DNA from: Sphaeroforma arctica JP610
Taxonomy: Eukaryota
Direction of reading: 5' to 3'
Assembly (NCBI RefSeq): GCF_001186125.1
Contig: NW_014040141.1
Coordinates: forward strand, 1 to 46,084
Length of the DNA: 46,084 nucleotides
The translations under genes and the position numbers were made by a program. Below are positions 1 through 10,700 of this stretch, one piece after another. The notes beneath the pieces were generated by a model. It did no database searches. It was not told the origin of the DNA and worked only from the letters and a program-made list of their open reading frames with translations. Numbering within the stretch: the stretch's first letter is position 1; the number at the start of each line of letters is the position of its first letter.

Positions 1-698
1 TTTTCACGGGTCATCTGGAGCGCGGAAAGTGGCCTCGACGAAACCAAGCCCCACAGATCCCATACACCATTGCATGCCTCCGAACGTATTCATAATACCA
101 CAAATGTCAAACTATTTACAAAACAAATTTCGAGCACGAATACGGGCCAACTCTAGTTCATGGTTACGACTCATCCAGAACGCAGACCAGGGCAAAATCA
201 AACCAGTATATGATACGATAATTAACAAGCTATGGAAAGTGGCCTCGACGAAACCAACCCCCACAGATCCCATACACCATTGCATGCCTCCGAACGTATT
301 CATAATACCACAAATGTCAAACTATTTACAAAACAAAATAAATCATTATCCAAACAACCATCCATACCCAACACGACAGAACCAACAGCACATATCATTA
401 GCTCATTTCGGCAAAAACTATTGAACCAGAAAACACCCTACAAAATACCAGAAGCAACCCATACTGAATTCATACCCCTCGACCAAGATATCTTCACTAC
501 CGCACACATCATGCAAGCTATACTAACATATGATAGCCGAAAGGGCTCCGGCCCCGACGGGATACATATTGATATCTTTAAAGCAGCTATTGAAATCTAT
601 CCCATAGGACACGACCAGGAGGGCAAACCAAACCCCAAGTCTCCAATCCTCATAGCACTCAATTATTTATTTAACAAAATATTACATACCGGTGACGT
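1..698 (+). mobile_element. Non-LTR (LINE) retrotransposon, 5' part of RT ORF (degenerate, interrupted by gypsy insertion)
   Basis: Translation ...YDSRKGSGPDGIHIDIFK...LNYLFNKILHTGDV is the pre-RT 'domain 0' signature of non-LTR elements. It joins in frame to 5696 onward (GDV|PSAW) once 699-5695 is removed. Has a frameshift near 420. Confidence 0.9.
24..337 (+). repeat. Direct duplication of about 104 bp inside the LINE (24-127 and 234-337)
   Basis: ggaaagtggcctcgacgaaacc...tttacaaaacaaa occurs twice, 210 bp apart, with one visible mismatch. Confidence 0.9.
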
Positions 699-870
699 TG
701 TAAGATTCGGTCTAATAAAGGCGATACTAATGTCTTAGAATAAATAAACGCGTAGGTAGATTCTAAGTATCGTGTAAATATCGATATAAATAAACAAAAT
801 GAGACGTTTATGCCTCGTGAAAACAGCAATACTCTGAGGGATTGTGAGGCTGAGACATTGCCTATATATA
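699..870 (-). repeat. Truncated 3' LTR of family A copy 1 (only the last ~172 bp)
   Basis: Reverse complement matches the 3' end of the full LTR at about 35755-35936. Similarity stops abruptly at 870. Confidence 0.85.
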
Positions 871-899
871 GGGTTTTTAAGCATTAAGGCTCGGGATAA

Positions 900-2264
900 A
901 TGCTGTAGGCGGGTAAGTTTTAACTTCCGTTCTTTCAGACGATGGAAACATGCTATCTTTTTCAGCTTGTGACTTATGCAGGCGTTTACGCCATTTTCGA
1001 TTAAAGGCTTTAAATAGTCTTGGTTATAGAAAGCATCTGAAGTCAACTCAGCTATTGTACCGTCTATAAGGCGTGTACGATAGTATGTATAGCCTCCCTT
1101 ATCCGTTCTCCATATAATGTCTTTAAATTCAGAACGATCAAGAGGGGCATTAGAGTCATGTCTTCTTGCGAGTATAATCTCTGTAGTCGGAATACGACTT
1201 GTGCCTATATTAAGCACACTAGAACCGTCGGGATTATTTACCTCGTACGTTCCACTTTTAGTGTCTGCTACAGAGATTATATATGGACCTATCCATTTAG
1301 ATGTTAATACAGTAGCATCGGAATTCCGTTGACGGATGTTAACTCTGTCACCAGCCTGATACTCTGCTATCTTCTTGGTAGTGTTCCAACGCTTTTGTCT
1401 TTTTAATAAGGCTATATTGCGTATTTCTCGCAAGCAAGAATATACAACGTTATAAATACGTTGGACCTTCTCTAACCATGGTAACTCATGGTGATCGGGT
1501 TCGTCCTTGTTAAAAGAGATTTGTAACTCACTATTTCTGCCACGAAAATAGTGAGCGGGTGCAGTTCCTGTAACCGGACCAGCACACTCTTTAATCTGTG
1601 TTTGTACCCACTTAAGGTGGTACGGCCAATCATCTGCATCATCCGTTACTGCAGTACGCAAGAAGAACTTAAGTCTTCTATGGTGCGTTTCATTCGCGCC
1701 TTGCGTTTGCGGCTTATATGGCACACATCTCTTATGGCATATGCCTGATACGAGTACTAGCGATTCCATAACGTCATCGCAGAACTCACTACCGTTATCA
1801 ATGCACATAATACCCGGCCACCCGTGGTCAGCAAAGACTTGGCAACATAATTATGCCACGGTCTGCGTATTCTTATCCTTTAATGGATAGAGCAAGTTAA
1901 ACTGTGACGCCACATCAAAGAAGTGGCATACGTAACGGTCGCCTTTGTGCTCGGACGTGGGCAGGTCAACAAGATTAATGATGACCCTGCGCCATGGAAC
2001 ATCTTCAGTCACACTCTTAAGTGGTGCGAAACCATAGCGCTTGATCTGATTGAGATCACAGTCTGTGCATGACTGATATACTCTGTCCACTAAAGTTGCC
2101 AGCTTAGGGTGGGCGATCCCATGTCGCTTAGCATCTTTAAGTACTTCTACTACGTTCTGGTGCTTCAGCTTATGATTTTGCTTCAGCCAAGCAAGAATGT
2201 TCTCATCATTCTGCTCTTCCAGAATAAAGATAGGGTAATGAGAATCCACTTGCGTGGTTTCCAA
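900..2264 (-). pseudogene. Retroviral-type DDE integrase with GPY/F motif and divergent chromodomain-like tail
   Basis: HKLKH...CTDC zinc finger, INLVDL (first D mutated), IDNGSEF, ANETHHR, KWIGPY, then EFKDIIWRTDKGGYTYYRTRL... An internal stop lies at 1851-1853. Confidence 0.9.
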
Positions 2265-2639
2265 GTCTGTATGTTTCCAGACTCCTGTCCTGCTTTTGCA
2301 TGAGCGTCATAAACGCGCTCATGTGCGTTAGATACACCTGACTTATTAAATAGTCGCATTATATGTGTATACGCTTCAGGATTGTCTTACATTAATCCCT
2401 TCAAAAATAAGGTTTGAAAGACCTCGGGCTTGGACTTTAAGTTATTAAACAGAGTCCTAGCTAGAGACTGACGCTTCTTAACAGTGTCATTAGTAGATTG
2501 TATTTCTTGTGCACAGACGTTAAATGCAGTGTTGCCTTTGAGCTGCTTAACGTTCAATCGGGCAGAGAGTGGAATCTCTGATTCTTTGACCTTGTTAAAG
2601 AAGGTCTCAGAAGGGGTCCATTTGGTTGTTCCAATGGGA

Positions 2640-3039
2640 TCTATACGACATATAATAGTATGTCTCCAGGGCGTCTTCTGGACGGCTCGGGTACCCTGAT
2701 ATAGAAAAGTATCTACTTCCCTATCTAAATATATTGGCTCGCATTGTATCATGCCGATCAATTTATTGAGCCATGGATCTTTACTCCGTAATGGGCAACA
2801 CAACATGATGGTAGCTTTATGTATACGAACATAATTTAATAGCTGGGCAATTAACTGCCATGGTGGATTAGCCCACGCATTATGTTGGGAGAGGTCTATT
2901 TGAAAGGCGTCCCCATAGGATGATTTAAATTCCTGTAATTCGATAGTTGTGCATTATGATGTGCAGCAAACATATCTATGGTATGTGGCCCATATATCTT
3001 TTGAGCCAGTTAAAACCTCCTGGGATTACATTTCCAGTC
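2640..3039 (-). pseudogene. Dam/DIRS-like N6-adenine DNA methyltransferase domain within gypsy Pol
   Basis: Manual translation: DWKCNPRRF*LAQKIYGPHTIDMFAAHHNAQL..(frameshift)..DAFQIDLSQHNAWANPPWQLIAQLLNYVRIHKATIMLCCPLRSKDPWL. This contains a motif I-like IDMFA and the motif IV NPPW (2858-2869). Confidence 0.85.
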
Positions 3040-5045
3040 AGTGGCTAGTAACTCACGTACGGATTTATTAAAGTCCAGTACGAAGCGTAATAACATATCC
3101 GGTAAATGGTTATGTATTCCTGGTAGATGTTTTATATCAAAATAAAACTTTGATATTGTATCATGCCAGCGACTCAGTAATTGCGAGTCGGGTTTCATCT
3201 CTTTCATATATTGAAGAGATTTCTGATCACACATCAGCGCAAATGCTGTTCCGTATAGGTAATCTCGGAAGTGTGTTAGATCTGCCACTATGGCTAATAG
3301 CTCTTGTTTAACAGTTTGATAATTCAACTGTGAAGCATTCATTGCTCGACTAAAGAATTGTATATATCAAGGTTTGTTATATATAACCTGATATAATACT
3401 CTTCATAAGGCTAAATCTGATGCGTCCGTTGCTATTTCAAACGGCACGCCATCGACTGGCCCTTATATAACTGGGGCTTGTTGGACTGCGTGTTTGAGCG
3501 CTTTAAATGTGTCATCATACTCTTTAGTCCACAAGTCTCCTAGTTTGCCTTTATGACATCTTAAGTGTCCAAAAGGTTTAAGGTAGTCAGCTAAGTGTGA
3601 TACTCCATCTGAAAAGAAGTTTACAAACCCACACATGCTGTTAACATCTCTTCCTGTAGTTGGTGTTCGCCAATCTAACAGGTATTCTACCTTACCGGGG
3701 TCGATTTTAATACCTTCCCCAGATATATGGTAGCCTAAGAGCTGTATTTCGCACATTGCGAAGTGGCATTTCTTCTCGTTATTCTTGAATTTTTGCTCAT
3801 TGAGTCTCTTAAGGACTCGTCTGACTAATGCGGCATGTTCGCCTGTAGTCTTAGGGTTTTAGGGTTTTAGGCCATCTATATAGACTTGCACGTTAGGCAT
3901 GTCTGCAAACATTTCTTCCATTACTTGTTGGAAGAAGGCTGGTAAAGAGTGTAACCCGAAAGGTGCACCTCTGAACCGGTACTGTTTGCCTTTCCACGTA
4001 AAGCTGAAGTATTTACGGTGGGGTTCATATACCTGCATTTGATGGCAACCTTGTGTAAGGTCTATAGTTGTAAACACTGTAGCACCTTCCATCCTTTGCA
4101 GTAGCTCGTTAATACGAGGTAAGTGAAAGCTATGAGTCGGCAATAAATAATTTATTGTACTCATATCTAAACATACCTAGAGTGAGTAAATCACTCATTC
4201 CGACTATAATGTCGTACTTCTGTGACATCTTAATTATCACAGCTTGAGTAGTGATACTCCTATCATCGGCCAGGGATATTTTAACATCTGGGGCCATGGT
4301 ATCACACTTAGCAGTTTTATCATCAGCTAAAATGAGATGAGTTGTTTGTTTTCTCCTTTCGATATCTTTTATTAATGCAAAGCGATCGGATATACATGAT
4401 ATTTCGGAACCAGGATCAATCAACGCAAGGATTTTATTTCCATTGCAATATACAGGGATTATTACACGTTCATCTAAAGAGTCGTTGTATTGTCTGTACC
4501 TGGTAGTACCGTCACTCTAAATTAATGTTGGGCTTTCGGTCACAAGACTTAATGTGATAACCATTGGTTGTCTCACACTTGTCACACTTAGTAAGAAAGT
4601 GTGTACAGGTGGATGCATGTCTACCATTCCAATAGCCGTTAGGGGTTAACTGGTACATGTCATATCCACACTGGGCGTCGGCACATTTCTTAATCTCCTT
4701 AAATGGAGGTTCCATGTCCTTCGCTCCTGCACGTGCCCGTTTATTGGGTCGCGTGGATAAAGTGGAGTGACAAGCACGTGTATGTTGGGGTCTCTCGTTT
4801 GAGGTCTGCCTGGATACGTACCCGTGATCGGTGAACTCCCGCGGCTTCTTAACAGCCGCTTTTCCCATCGATGTTACTCGATGTGCGGGAAAAAGAGTGG
4901 ATACAGTATCATAAAACTGTTCCCATGTAAGTCGGGATAGATGAAACTTTGTTTCATGTCCCTTGTCTCGAGCCTCAGTCGCGTGTTTACGTCGCAACTC
5001 GGTGTACAGACTCTCACGGTCGTTANNNNNNNNNNNNNNNNNNNN

Positions 5046-5691
5046 ACATTGCCTATATATAATCCTCCCAATACTGTTTCCGCCGAAGGGATTTTATTTA
5101 ATGTTTCGTTGTCGCTCTATTCTGGGGCGAATCCGAGAGACTCATAAAATCATATCTTTAGAAAAAAAGAAGAAAAAAAAGAAAAATAACTCTTGACGTC
5201 TTTAGTTATTGTCTTAACCAATAACTTGCCACTATCAAGAATTATCGACTTAGCTTTCATCAGACTGGCACATCTGGTTGGCTTATCGGAGGATCAACTA
5301 GGTAACGTTAATAGTCCCTAGAAACCTATATTCGGTTGAGCCATCTCGCTACCGGAGTACTCAGATATAAATAAAATTGGAAAGTAAATAAAGTTCTATT
5401 CAACTCTTTATGTTTGGTATTTTACTGAGGCATTTTATTGGCCTCATCCAAATATCTGATAGCAAATCGGAAAAGGTATTAATTAATAAAACTATTAGAA
5501 ACCATTTTAGGAAACTTAAGTTCCTCGTGCTATTAAGAGCACATTTAGGAAACTTGAGTTCCTCGTACTATTAAGAGTACGTTTAGGAAACTTGAGTTCC
5601 TCGTACTATTAGGAGTACGTTTAGGAATTTGCGTACTGCTTAAGAGTACGTTTATAACATAGAGTCTAATGCGGAGGCCCGGCTTATTACA
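5046..5691 (-). repeat. 5' LTR of family A copy 1 (its 3' end is lost in the gap)
   Basis: Reverse complement aligns along its length with 35175-35770 and starts TGTAATAAGCC. Confidence 0.9.
5506..5653. repeat. 38-bp tandem repeat (about 3.5 units) in the LTR
   Basis: tttaggaaacttgagttcctcgtactattaagagtacg units start at 5506, 5544, 5582 and 5620 (last one degenerate). Confidence 0.85.
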
Positions 5692-7556
5692 ACGTGCCGT
5701 CAGCCTGGCTATGTACACTTATTGTACCCATACCCAAATCTGAGGCACCATCAGGTCCAGAATTCTTCCGACCTATTACCCTCACACAGAGACTGCGCCG
5801 TATTTTCCAAATAGTAATGCTGAGTTACATGAACCAACTTTCTGCATTCAAAACACATAGCAGGCAAGGTGGTTTTAAATCAGGCTACTCATGCTTCACA
5901 CACGCTCTTACCCTACACGAATACATCAATCAATCAAGCCCCACAGCGCAACACACCCACCAGGTATTTCTGGATATTGAAAAAGCATATGACTCGGTTA
6001 AGCTCGACCGTCTATGGCGACTTTTACAAAACAGACGGGTACCCACCCCATTAATCACTTTATTCCAAAATATGTACCACAATGTAATCTCTCGTATTAC
6101 ATACCAACAAGTTCTCGGACCTACTTTCACACGTTTAGCCCAGGGTGACCCAATAGCCCCTACACTCTTCAACATATACATTGACCCGCTACTCGATAGT
6201 CTTGCCAAAGTCGACCCCCGAGGCTTTCTCGGCTGGGTAGACGACTTAGCACTATACAACCGCGACCATCGCAAATTGCAATTAAGCCTCAACCATGCTT
6301 ATGTATGGGGCAAACGCTCCGGCGTAAAATTCCACCCAAAGAAATCGATACACGTAGCACCACCAAATCCCAAACTAGAACACAAGTTCATGCTTGGACA
6401 AAATAGTATCGATGCCCACCCTACTGCTAGGTACCTGGGATTCCCTATGGGACCCAAAGGACTAGACATTGTACAAATGCTAGAAACACGTATAAACAAA
6501 CTAAATGATTCAATAACCCAAAGTGGCCCTCTTGGCTTTCGAGCCGGTGCGCACCTACACCCACACAACAAGCTTATGATCTTTCGAGTATTTATACTCT
6601 CGAAAATCACCTACGGCCTTGCCTTTATACCATTATCACACTCTTCACTCAAAACACGCATTAATGCACAACTCGACAAACTCGATGTGGTAATCCATAG
6701 AACCTCTGGATATATCACACCCACTGCAGCCCACAAAAAGACCGCAACAAAAGTCACACCAACTATGCTGAAAAAAATTCAGTTCTGTGGATTACTCAAC
6801 GCACAAGCGCTATGCACGTGGCAATGCGTGAGTCTGATAATTCATATAACTCGTATGTCAGACAAAAATCCTTTACAGGAATATCTGGGCAAACAGGCAA
6901 CCATATTTACCCCTATGAGACTCATTATGCTCGCTCGCGAGAACATACTCCACTACCCCCCGTACATAACATACAGGAAACTGAAACAGGCATATACCAA
7001 TAGAAAATCAAACAAAAAGGAAGGCACGCTACATCGACAAGCGGGTCGAGAACTCCGATTTGGACTCATCTACCCAGGCGAGGAAGAGCGGTACCGACTC
7101 GACACGCCGCTCGAACATCACAGCTTCAGCAGTCTCTTATTCAGAGTTCCAACGATAGTCGCACTGTACGTCACGAACAGGTATATGTTCACGCTAGAAA
7201 AGACCCCGGCAGGTCTCACATGCATTGGCTGCAGCAAAACACATTTCACAACATCACACTTCAAATGTCCCCTCGTGTTACCCGACATGTCAAAGCTCAT
7301 CTCACCACAGAAAGAGATAGTAGTTGATAGCAACCTACTCGACGCACTGAGTACTCGTAAGCGCTACACTGACATGCTCACATTACACGACCAATTGGTG
7401 TACTTGCACAAAGGACCCATACCACCCCAAATACTGATGAACTGTGTGTTCCCAGTGCCACGGTTTATGACCACAATAGTACACACTCTCCTCGTAGACT
7501 CTCAACACCCGCAAAATGATTATACTTGGCCGTCGTTAGAACGCAGACGTCGTTAG
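5692..7556 (+). mobile_element. Non-LTR (LINE) retrotransposon, RT core and C-terminal CCHC knuckle
   Basis: The 620-aa ORF has IVPIPK, FRPITL, QGGF, FLDIEKAYDSV, AQGDPIAPTLFN, WVDD, YLG and CIGC-x8-H-x2-C. Confidence 0.93.
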
Positions 7557-9299
7557 AACAAGCCCACAGAACATTGTGGCTAGATAATCCGCATATGGAT
7601 TTCAGCACACTACATCCAGAGGCTAACGCCTATATAGCGGCGCCCTAGCACTGGACACGCAAACTCCCAAACCACCACATACACCCCCTGTTCGATATAG
7701 ATCAGGACTTAGACAATGACATCCCAATAGACATTACACTATCTTACATATGTAGTAGCGTGACTCCGCCTTACTTGATCAGACGCTGGCGAATATGCCT
7801 GCGACAAATATGCATTGACTTGAAGTTGAATAGCACATATATCAACGAACACCCCGCAATGAAACCCCCTCCGCCCCGAACACATCCCCCTTGAATGCCT
7901 ACCGGCAGACACAGTCGCACATCGCGACCCGATGATGCGGTAGTGAGTATAATACACTGGTGAGCCACTGTATCATACCTCATATTCAGTGAAACGATAT
8001 GTATATCTGTCACAGCCTACTCACAGACTCTGTGTCAACCCATTTACGGTGGTCAAACGCCAACACCACTCACAACTAAACAACTACAGCCAAAGAAAAC
8101 AACCCAACAAGAACAACAACCACAGACAGCAAAAGACTCAGCCCTTAGACAGTCCNNNNNNNNNNNNNNNNNNNNNNNNNNNNNNNNNNNNNNNNNNNNN
8201 NNNNNNNNNNNNNNNNNNNNNNNNNNNNNNNNNNNNNNNNNNNNNNNNNNNNNNNNNNNNNNNNNNNNNNNNNNNNNNNNNNNNNNNNNNNNNNNNNNNN
8301 NNNNNNNNNNNNNNNNNNNNNNNNNNNNNNNNNNNNNNNNNNNNNNNNNNNNNNNNNNNNNNNNNNNNNNNNNNNNNNNNNNNNNNNNNNNNNNNNNNNN
8401 NNNNNNNNNNNNNNNNNNNNNNNNNNNNNNNNNNNNNNNNNNNNNNNNNNNNNNNNNNNNNNNNNNNNNNNNNNNNNNNNNNNNNNNNNNNNNNNNNNNN
8501 NNNNNNNNNNNNNNNNNNNNNNNNNNNNNNNNNNNNNNNNNNNNNNNNNNNNNNNNNNNNNNNNNNNNNNNNNNNNNNNNNNNNNNNNNNNNNNNNNNNN
8601 NNNNNNNNNNNNNNNNNNNNNNNNNNNNNNNNNNNNNNNNNNNNNNNNNNNNNNNNNNNNNNNNNNNNNNNNNNNNNNNNNNNNNNNNNNNNNNNNNNNN
8701 NNNNNNNNNNNNNNNNNNNNNNNNNNNNNNNNNNNNNNNNNNNNNNNNNNNNNNNNNNNNNNNNNNNNNNNNNNNNNNNNNNNNNNNNNNNNNNNNNNNN
8801 NNNNNCTAACCCCACCCCCCTAAAACCTAAAACGGTCAGACAATCGGCGCTTAGTTTTCGTTGCCTGCGCTGCCGTCCGATCAAGGGTCGCAGCGTTCGG
8901 CGGTGTAGGGAGTGGCGCTGTCGCCCGTGAATTAGGTCGCAACGCCTACACGGAGGCTCCGCCTGCTGCACCACGTGTAACGAACGCCTCACACTGACGA
9001 CATAAATCCTTGTTCACCTTTTGCTTTGGACCTGTTGCCAAAAGCCTACACAACAACGTAGGGCCTCACCGAGGGGGTGGCAACTCCTCATGCCCGTAGC
9101 GGAAGAAAACTCCTTTCTCCGGGGAATAATGTTAGGTTCCCTTGTTAGTGAGGGACGCTAACATAGGCTGGAACCACGGCTCATCAGGTAAGTAAGGACA
9201 CATGAGTGTAATGGCTGCCTCATCCGCAATATCTTCAGCGAGAACGCACGGAAATCGCAATCCCAAGGGGGGTTGACGCAGAAGTTCAAGAATGTCCAT

Positions 9300-10700
9300 A
9301 GCTCAGTGAACTCAGAGGCACCACCTCCAGAAAGGGAGAGAAGTATTTCGGCAGTAGGTTGTCACCAGAAAGGACGAAAGTATCATGAGTATGCGGGTTC
9401 TTAGCCTTTCCGCTTTAGTAAAGTGCGTATGGTTGGCCATGTACGCGTTGCTGTACGGAGGGCCGAATAATCGGTTTGCCGAAAGGGCACCAACAGGGTC
9501 CATTCAGGGGTCAGCCTTCGTTGCGAGTCGGCTCAGTAGATCCACTGTGCCATTGTCCTTGCTGTGCACGTGCAAGAAATACACATCTCGATCACGGCAC
9601 ACCTCCTGCCATCTGGCTTGACGCCGACCCGCGGGTCACCTGGAAAGAACTCTCTGTATCAAAGGGTTAGCATGGCCTGGTGATCGATGAAAATCGTAAT
9701 CGGGTAGTGCGAGTCGACAAACACCGCCCAGTGCTTGTGGAACCCATAAACTTGTGCTAGCCACTCTTTATCCGTCACATGGCAGTTAAGCAGAGCGGCG
9801 GAAAACTTCGACGAGAAATAAGCTACTGATCAGAGCTCTCCATTTCGGAGAACGTGTATAGCCCTCGGAAAGATCAATATGCTCACATACATCCGTGAAT
9901 TGGTACAATCGAGCACCGCACATATCTCTAGCCGTGTATTAATAGTGTTGAATACTTTCTGTTGGGCCGCGTCCAACTTGACACGGGCACGATACCATTC
10001 TTTGAAAGAGCTGAGATAAGCTTAAGGATGAGAAAGAAAGCATCGATTTGCCGCTGCCAGAACGCCAGAGTGTGATACCATGACCGGACGATCCAGGACG
10101 ATCCCTTCCAAGGAGAGCAGTCAACCTGTCCGCAGAGATAGTGACGCCCAACTTTTAGGGCGCTTGTATTACCCAACGCGTACCTTCGACAGGCCGAATT
10201 GGATGTCGTACTTGCCACAGCGCTCGAAGAACGCTATGAGCTGATTTTCATGCTGCGACGCATCTACCGATGTGAGGACAATGTCGGCAATATACGACTT
10301 GATGATGCCTTTGAGTCCTTCAAAAATGGTGATCCAGTGTTTCCTGGAACCTCCACGAAACTTCGGTGATTCCAAACGGAAGGGCAAGGTGCCTCACGAG
10401 GTCTAGAAAGTCGAAATATCTTGACCTTGCCGTTCTAACGGGATTTGATTTAACCCATTCCCGCAGTCCACAACTGAGACCGACGGCTTGCCAGCTACAT
10501 GCCCAAACATCTCACCCTCCGTGAAAATGTTGAACAGTTTCTGCTTCTGCTTAAGCTTCGCCTTTCACTTAGCAAAGTTCGTGCAGAAACGCCAACCGTC
10601 CTTGGTCTGAAGGGTAACCCTGGGGGTTTTAATTACCATCAGGGACTTGACGGACCATAGGACCTCTTCATCCTCTTGCATTGCAATCATCGAGCGGAAG
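9300..10700 (-). mobile_element. Degenerate Ty3/gypsy pol remnant, family B (RT-RNase H)
   Basis: WRFCTNF (about 10580), VVDCGNG, MPFRL, SYIADI, and RNase H VAYFSSKF...TDKEWLA...IFIDHQ (about 9670-9830). Boundaries are approximate. Confidence 0.8.

Larger units (their letters stand above)
699..5691 (-). mobile_element. Ty3/gypsy LTR retrotransposon family A, copy 1 (degenerate): gag end, PR, RT, RH, adenine MTase, IN, chromo-like tail
   Basis: Termini read TGTAAT...CTTACA on the minus strand, flanked by a 4-bp TSD ACGT (695-698 and 5692-5695). Domains: gag Cys/His knuckles (4512-4997), protease LIDPGS (4130-4423), RT IDLTQG..GAPFGL..YID (3463-4164), RNase H TDAS/ELLAIV/CDQKSL (3010-3430), integrase HHCC, DNGSEF, E and GPY (about 900-2264). 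Multiple stops and frameshifts. Confidence 0.95.

Noticed and set aside
5506..5653. 38-bp repeats with dyad symmetry resembling CRISPR repeats
   Set aside because: Head-to-tail with no spacers, located inside an LTR, and no cas genes are present.
699..5691. Interpretation as a DIRS/Ngaro element (MT domain, unequal terminal repeats)
   Set aside because: It has a protease and a DDE integrase, TG..CA ends and a 4-bp TSD, and no tyrosine recombinase was seen. The short 3' repeat is better explained by deletion.
7300..7700. Restriction-like endonuclease domain after the LINE CCHC knuckle
   Set aside because: No convincing PD-(D/E)xK motif was found by eye.
7989..8992. Long ORFs spanning the N run
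   Set aside because: Artefacts of the 650-nt assembly gap.
10153..10160. Single ttttaggg at a frameshift in the family B RT
   Set aside because: One unit only and no reference copy to show it is inserted, so too weak to count as a scar.
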